This document shows, one piece after another, positions 44,574 to 64,000 of a stretch of DNA of 64,000 nucleotides. Source of the stretch: Salpingoeca rosetta. Lineage: Eukaryota; Protista; Choanoflagellata. The notes under the pieces are model-generated. The model was not told where the DNA came from. It searched no databases and worked only from the letters and a program-made list of their open reading frames with translations. Location: NCBI GenBank assembly GCA_033442325.1, contig JAWQFM010000007.1:228735-292734 (forward strand), in the 5' to 3' direction. Numbering within the stretch: position 1 is the stretch's first letter; every line of letters starts with the position of its first letter. Made by a program: the position numbers and the translations under genes.

Positions 44574-46006
44574 GGTCTGCTGCTGCTGCCTGCTGCTGTT
44601 GCTGTCGAAACAAAGAGGGCGCTGTGTGTGTGTATGTGTGTGTGCGTGTGTGTATGCAGAAGTGGCTGTTCCTTCTTGGTTGTGCTTGTGCTTCTTCGCT
44701 TCCTTTGCTGCTGATGCTGATGCTTCACTTGGGTGTGTGGAGTGATGCACACCGCTTCCTCGTCCTTCCTGTGCTGCTCCTTGCACTGCTGCTTCTCGCT
44801 GCTACAGCTGCTGCTTTTGGCTGGCTGTCTGTCTGTGTGGCTATCTCGTGTGGAGGGAGCTGGTGTTTGTGGGAGAGCGTTGGTGTGTGTTGTCACATCA
44901 AAGGGAGCGGCGGGGAATGTGCTCGTTGTGGTTGTCCGTTCATCGCGTCAGGGTGCACAACGGCAACCAGCCCAGCACAGATGTGTTGGCTGACGAAGGC
45001 AAACCCGTCGACACGGAGCGAGGCGGATTGCTCGCTCGTCTTGCTGTTGCTCGCATTGCTGCGAGCGGCGGGCGCGGTCAGGGTCGGGTGCTCTGCTGCT
45101 GCGGCGATGATATCTGGTGGGATCCTCACGTCCAACATGCATGCTGTGCGCAATACGAGCTCGTGCGCTCTTGTGTTGCTGGTGGCTGTTTGTTGTGGTG
45201 GTTGTGATCGTCGTTGGTTGTTGCTTGCTGTTGTTTTGTCTGTTGTTTGTTTGTTGTTGTTGTTGGTTGTTGCTGTTGTTGGTTTTGTTTGTTTGTTGCT
45301 GGCGTGCCATGTCCTCCTGTCATCTTGCTCGCTGTGCTCACCACACAACCTCGACCATTCCAATGCTTCAGTCGTCAGGGGTGGGGGCGGAACAGGACAG
45401 ATTGCTCGCTGCATGTCTGTGACTTGTGTTGCTGGCGTGTTGTTGCTGATGCTGGCGTGGTGTTGCCTTGTTGCTGATGTTGGTGCATGCACACATCTGG
45501 ATATGTGCGTGCTTGCGTGCTTGCTTGCTTGCTTGCTCGTCGGCGTTGGTAAGAACGACAAACAAGGCACTAAGGCAGCACCACCACCAACACCACAATC
45601 CTCTCTTCCTCTTCCTCTTCCTCTTCCTCTCCCTCCTCCTCCTTCTTCTCCTTCTTCACTTCTTCCTCGACCCCATCCCGTCAGGCCATCCAGCGCGTGA
45701 CCGTCGCGGCAGCTCTTGCTCTTGCCACTGTTGTGTCGCAAAACTTTGCGTGAGCCACGCTTGCTGCTGTTTGCTTGCTCGTGAAGTCCTCCCCGCAGTG
45801 TAGGCCTATTAATAGGTAGGAAATACTGTATCTAGCACAGGATGCAGCCAAGGAATGGGCGCCCAGCCAGTCGTGTGAACTAATGTACTCGTCCTCTCAT
45901 CCTTCTTTGCATGCTCCTATGGAGTCACCTTGTTCTTGTTGACCCGTTCATGTCTTCGTGTGCTCTTTTGTACTACACCCCATACAACAGACACATGCGC
46001 AAAAGG

Positions 46007-46945
<939 letters not shown>

Positions 46946-46966
46946 GAACACACACGCGGCAGTGGT

Positions 46967-48960
46967 TCATACGTTGTCGTCTGCCGAGACGGCTGGAGTT
47001 GAGGAATGAGAACCAGAAGAGGAAGTCACCAAGGCGCAGCTTGAACCAGAAACAGCAGTCTTGCGAACGACAACAAGCGCGACCACAGCAGCGACCACGA
47101 CGACCAAGACGCCAACGACGATGCCGGCAACTGCGCCGCCGGAGAGAGCACTGCTCGACGACGAAGCGGGAGGGCCGCCCTGGCCACCACCACGCCCATC
47201 CCCCGACGTGGTGGTGCTTGCCAGCATTGTTGTTGTCGTCCGCGTGCGCGGCGTGGTGACGGGCTTGCCGAGGAAGTCGCTGTGGTCAACCGTGGTGCGT
47301 GGCGGGGACGGGTACCGAGGCTTGGTAGCATAAGCGTTTGTCGTCGTCGTTGTTGTTTTGGGGGGCCTGTATGGGCGCGTGGTTGTCGTGGTTGGCGGTT
47401 GACGAGTTGTCGTGTATGCGGGCGTTGGCGGTGGCGTCTTGCTTGCTGTCGTTGATCGTGTGTAAGGGCGTGGCGGTGTTGGCGATGACGGGCTGCTTGG
47501 CGTGTACGCAGTTGTAGAGCCTGCACACTCCTCCGTCCACGTGCATTCCGAGTTGTACGCGCACGCTGCCTCGTCCTGTATGTGTATGTGTGTGTGTTTG
47601 GGCGAGAGAGTGTGTGAGAGAGACAGAGTGAGAGAGTGTGCGAGTGGGTGTGTGGATGAGTAAGTGAGAGTGTGTGTGCGAGTATGTGTGAAAAGGAACA
47701 TGTTGAAAGGCAGCAGCATGCCAAAGTGTAGTGATGCATACACACGTTCACTTCATACATACATTCATACGCACATAGCACACAACACACCCAACTCTCG
47801 CACTCTCGCACACATTGCACACACTTGGACCCGCATGTACCGTGATGTAGGAGCAGTGGTGGGGTTCGGGGCGGCAGAAGCCAGTGTAGTCCCAAACACA
47901 GCCGTCGTGTGCCTCACACTGCGCCTGATACGCGTAGTCGCACGACACGGGATAGGTGGGCTCACACCTGCCAGCTGCCTCGCACGCCGTTGTGGGGCAG
48001 TCCTCAACCAGCATGCAGTGTTCATAATACACACATGAGTCGACCTGGATGTGATGGGCAGAAGAAAGGTGTGTTAAGGTGGTGTGAGCAGCAGCAATTC
48101 AAGGCCTGCGTATCTCGCAGGACGACTGACGGCTTTTTACACACGCACACACGTACACGCACACGCAAACACACACACACACACTAACAGACACACACAC
48201 ACACACACTTGCCCATGCACGCACCGGTCTGTTGCTACAGCCCATGTCCACCTCGACGCAGGTGCTGGTGTAATCCCATTCGCATGCAGCCTCCGCCTGA
48301 CACTCCTGCGGGCTATACAGCTGTGAGCATGGCTTGGGCCTGTCCACACACGTGGATGCGCAACGTGAGCGGGTTGTCTGTTTCGGGTGTTTTGTCGTGG
48401 GCCTTCTCGTCGTTGTTGGTGGCGGTGGTGGTGGTGGTGGTGATGGGGTTGTTGTTGGTGGTGGCGGTGGTGGTGGTGGTGATGGGGTTGTTGTTGGTGG
48501 TGGTGTTGGTGGTGGTGGTGATGGGGTTGTTGTTGTTGGCGGCGGCGGTGGTGGTGGTGATGGGGTTGTTGTTGGTGGCGGCGGTGGTGGTGGTGATGGG
48601 GTTGTTGTTGGTGGTGGTGTTGGTGGTGGTGGTGATGGGGTTGTTGTTGGTGGCGGTGGCGGTGGCGGTTGGGATTGGGTTGTCGTCGTCAACATCATTG
48701 TTGTTGTTGTCGTTGAAGTAGTGCGTGCGGTAGTTGTTGTCGAACTCGTGGTTGATGTTGTGGTACTCGTGGTTGTTGTTGTGGTCGACGTTGTGGTGGT
48801 GGTGGTGGTCATGGTCGTGGTGGAAGTCATTGTTGTGCTGGGGCAGTCGCCAACAAGCATGCAGTGTGGGTTTGGCTCGCATGCCACCAGCTATGATGCA
48901 CGCCAGAGAATGTGGGTGAGGTGGTGCACAACTCAAATGCCCAGTGCAGGGGCTTGCACG

Positions 48961-49023
<63 letters not shown>

Positions 49024-49255
49024 ATATGATTCAGAGAGACACACGCTTCGCATTCACGTGACACAAGGCACAGCAGATAGAATAAGAGCAACATGGTGCG
49101 ACTCACGGGGAGCATGTCGCAGCCCATGTTTGCTTGTTGACAGCCGGGCTCGGCTGGTCCAGAGATCCATTCGCAGGCGTCCACGGCAGTGCAGGAGGCT
49201 TGGTCGGGGAGGTTGCAGTCAAACGGTGCGCGCACGCACACGCAGCCAGATTCAG

Positions 49256-49344
<89 letters not shown>

Positions 49345-49346
49345 GC

Positions 49347-49419
<73 letters not shown>

Positions 49420-50085
49420 GCTGTAGCAGTAGTAGTAGTTGTTGTTGTTGTTGTTGTCGTCGTCATCGTTGTCGTCATCGTAGTCGTTGTGGTTGTTGTT
49501 GTTGTTGTGGTACTCGTGGTTGTGGTACTCGTGGTTATTGTTGTTGTGGTGGTACTCATGGTTGTTGTCGTCGTCGTCGTCGTGCTTGCGCAGTTGCCCA
49601 CAAGCATACAGTGTGGATTGGGCCCACACGCCACCAGCTGTTACAAAGAAAGACAAAGGAAATAGCGCAGACCAAGTCAGGGCAATGAGGTGAGAAGCCA
49701 GGCATGGCAAATGTACACTTAGTGAGCAGGATGCAAGCGCCAGGAACTACTACATGGGAGTATCCGCAACACACGTGCATGACGCGAGCGAGCAAAGACT
49801 CGACGAGGATGTCAGGAAGGTGCGACTCACGGGGAGCATGTCGCAGCCCATGTTTGCTTGTTGACAGCCGGGCTCGGCTGGTCCAGAGATCCATTCGCAG
49901 GCGTCCACGGCAGTGCAGGAGGCTTGGTCGGGGAGGTTGCAGTCAAACGGTGCGCGCACGCACGTGCAGTCAGCTGGCGTCGTAGAAGCGGTGGTTGACG
50001 TCTGGGCTAGCGCGGGGTTGGAGCAAGCCAACAGGCACAGCACTGCCACGCAACCAACTGCAGCTTGAATCGTCGGTTTGCCCAT
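46967..50085 (-). CDS. Type I membrane protein (754 aa): four Cys/Trp modules with Thr and Ser-Pro(n) spacers, TM
   Basis: Exons 50085-49831, 49637-49107, 48890-48225, 48044-47841 and 47575-46967 all have lengths that are multiples of 3 and GT-AG introns. Signal peptide present. TM GGAVAGIVVGVLVVVVAAVVALVVV-RK. Confidence 0.87.
49095..49963. repeat. 145-bp perfect direct repeat (49095-49239 and 49819-49963)
   Basis: Identical coding segment (CVRAPFDC...GCDMLP) plus the first intron bases. Confidence 0.9.
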
Positions 50086-52141
50086 GACGGTCCGATGCGC
50101 TGGTGAATGCGAGAGAATCTGGCGCCGAAGGCAAGACCAGCATCCACAGCAGCCAACACAGCAGAAGGCTGTCCGTTGCAGTGGTGGTCGCGGTGTTGGT
50201 CGGCTGGCTCGTTCGTTGGTTGGTGCTTTGGCGACAGGCGGTGCTTTGTTGTTGGTTGGTTGGTTGGTTGGTTGGTTGGTTGGTTGGTTGGTGATGTTGG
50301 TGTTCTGATTCCTGTCGTTCCCGTGTAGGTGCTTCTTCGGTGGTTCGCTGGTCTCCTCACGAGCTTCAGTTGGACCAACTGCGTGGGGCGGTCTGTGTTG
50401 CCTGTCTTGGTCTGTGTTGCCTGTCTTGTCAGCCTTGGAAGTGGTCGGCACTCAGGAAAATGAACCAAACACTCGCACCAACGCACCAACACACCAGCTC
50501 CCGTCAGTCTGGTCATGTCTCACTCTCACGCGCTGGGTTGCTGTGCTTGCGGCCACACTCCTTCACAGCCCGTGCCCTACCATGCCTCTGCGCCGCCGTC
50601 ACGCGCGCAGGCACGCACCACGAGATCACGAGAACGCGTGCCTGTGCGCGGTTGGTTGGTGCCGCTGTCTGATGCATCAGCTAGCTGGTGCTGATGCACG
50701 TGGGAACCAGTCATCGTTGTGATTGTTCCATCACCTCCAAAGACAGGTGCTTGTGTCTCACTGGTAAAGGGTAGAGTGTGCCAGTGGTATGCAACCCAAC
50801 CAGAAACTGAAGAGAAGAAGGGGATGTGCCGTCTCTGCAGGGCCGTGACTTGCAGGTTCGGTCAGCCTGTTTCCCAGGGAACGCTGAAACGTGGAGAAGA
50901 GATGTGACAACGCCTTCGCTGGCAAGGGGGGTACGTGCCAATTTGTCGGGGCCACTGCTGCTGTTACCTCTGCTGCTGCTGCTGCTGCTGCATTCATCAG
51001 CATGTGGTGTGAGGACTTGTGTGCTGAGGGAGGGATGGAGGGAGTTTGAGGTGTGTACGCCAGGATCGTTGTGAAGTGAAGAGACGTGGTGTACGAAGAA
51101 CATGAAGTCTGGAGGGGCGAATGCTTGTTTGCTCTTCTTGGGGCTTGGGGATCTGGTACGTTCTGCGTCCTGCTTGATGTTCTTGTCTTCTGAGGGGGAT
51201 CACATGAGCTCCAACTCGTGCTTGTAGCCTTGAGGCAAGGGCACGTGCTGCGTGTGCTGCTGCATGCCCACGTGCAAACACAGAAACAGCTCATCAGAGA
51301 GCAGAGCAGAACAAAGCCGGGGCTCAAACAGCCCTCAGACCTCAGCAGCAGCAGCAGCAGCACGAACTCTGGTGCAGTCATGGGTGATGTTCCGTGTCTT
51401 GATGTTGTTGCGCGGGGGCAAGACAGTGAGCTGCGTGGTCTCGTGCCCAAACGCAGAAACGTGTCCCATCCCACAAGAGCGCATCAGACTAAGATGCGGA
51501 GGCGTGCAGGGGCCTAACGTGTTTCTCGCGCGCGTGCGTGCTGTGCGTGTCAAGAAACAAGAAGAGGCACGTGTACCAGTCTACCAGTGACATGAGGAGG
51601 AAATGGAGTCTTGGAGTGACCAATTACAAATCTGAAAGATGATGTGATGTGACAATCATGCCTTCACGTGCCGGAGGGAAGTGGGAGCAATCAACCGTGC
51701 AGAAGCGCAGAAGCGCAGAAGCGTACGAACACCCACATCACAGCTTGCTTGAGAGCTTTTGTTGCACTGGCACTGAGGGGAGACGCATGCGTGCGTGGTG
51801 TGCGTTGCGTGCGTTTCAAAAACACGCAGAAACATCAACCCTGTCCTCTTGTCATAAATATAGGACGGGATGGCTTGCAAACGCTTTGTTGCTTCTTTGC
51901 TTTTGCTCCTGACTTGCTGAGTTGATTTGCTGAGTTGACTTGCTGAGTTGACTTGCATTGAAGTTGGCTTGCTTGTTGGAAGGCTCCATACACACACAGA
52001 CACGCACGCACGCACACACACACACACATGCACACACAAACACACACAAACACACACACACACACAAACACACACACAAACAAACACATGCGGCGGCAAG
52101 CAAGGAAGCAACGAAAGCGAGACCATATTGTGACGCAATCA

Positions 52142-57007
<4,866 letters not shown>

Positions 57008-57289
57008 GTTGTGTCCTCTGTTGATGTTGATGTGTGTGTGTGAGTGTGCAATCCGGGGTCGTTGCTTCTTGTCCTCCTGTCTTGTGTGCTGTTGTTTGGA
57101 TTTTCACCACTCCAACAACAACCCATACACGAGAGAAGCAAGACTGCGGTTTGTGACTGTGTGTGCAGAGCCACTCAACTCCCTCACCCAACTCACGCTC
57201 GTCGCTTGCTGCGTGCTTCTTCGAGCCAGCCTCTCGCTTTCCCCCTTCCCCTCCGTCAACCCCCTGGTTTGCGCTGCGGTAATGGTGGG
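57008..57289. promoter_or_regulatory. Probable bidirectional promoter copine/nischarin-like
   Basis: 282 bp between opposing ATGs. Confidence 0.5.

Positions 57290-64000
<6,711 letters not shown>

Noticed and set aside
44441-45803. ORFs of 282-419 aa upstream of the second small membrane gene
   Set aside because: Low-complexity, repeat-derived translations with no domain or splice support.
50500-51600. Moderate ORFs between the cluster and copine
   Set aside because: No recognisable product or consistent exon structure. A small gene cannot be excluded.

Overview
This is eukaryotic, intron-rich, GC-rich draft genomic DNA. Introns are filled with (GT)n/(CA)n repeats and there are five N gaps. 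Gene content and style suggest a choanoflagellate such as Salpingoeca (inference). Housekeeping genes sit at both ends as four head-to-head pairs: unknown gene/GFM2, SYF2/BLOC1S4, MBF1/NAGLU-like and copine/nischarin-like. Between them (about 18.6-50.1 kb) is an uninterrupted block of six predicted type I cell-surface protein genes. (i) Two intronless, inverted genes each encode a large Kunitz-VWC-tyrosinase-Kazal membrane protein. Their ~4.1 kb shared region is nearly identical except in the copper-binding catalytic domain, and one copy has a 1-nt frameshift before its membrane anchor. (ii) A FN3-type receptor tyrosine kinase with a degenerate Gly-rich loop lies between the two copies. (iii) Three paralogous mucin-stalked proteins are built from a Cys/Trp module with a conserved phase-0 intron. 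This block is the best candidate for an undescribed system, possibly a phenoloxidase-based surface coat or adhesion apparatus with its own receptor. Exon boundaries were read by eye, and no database searches were run.
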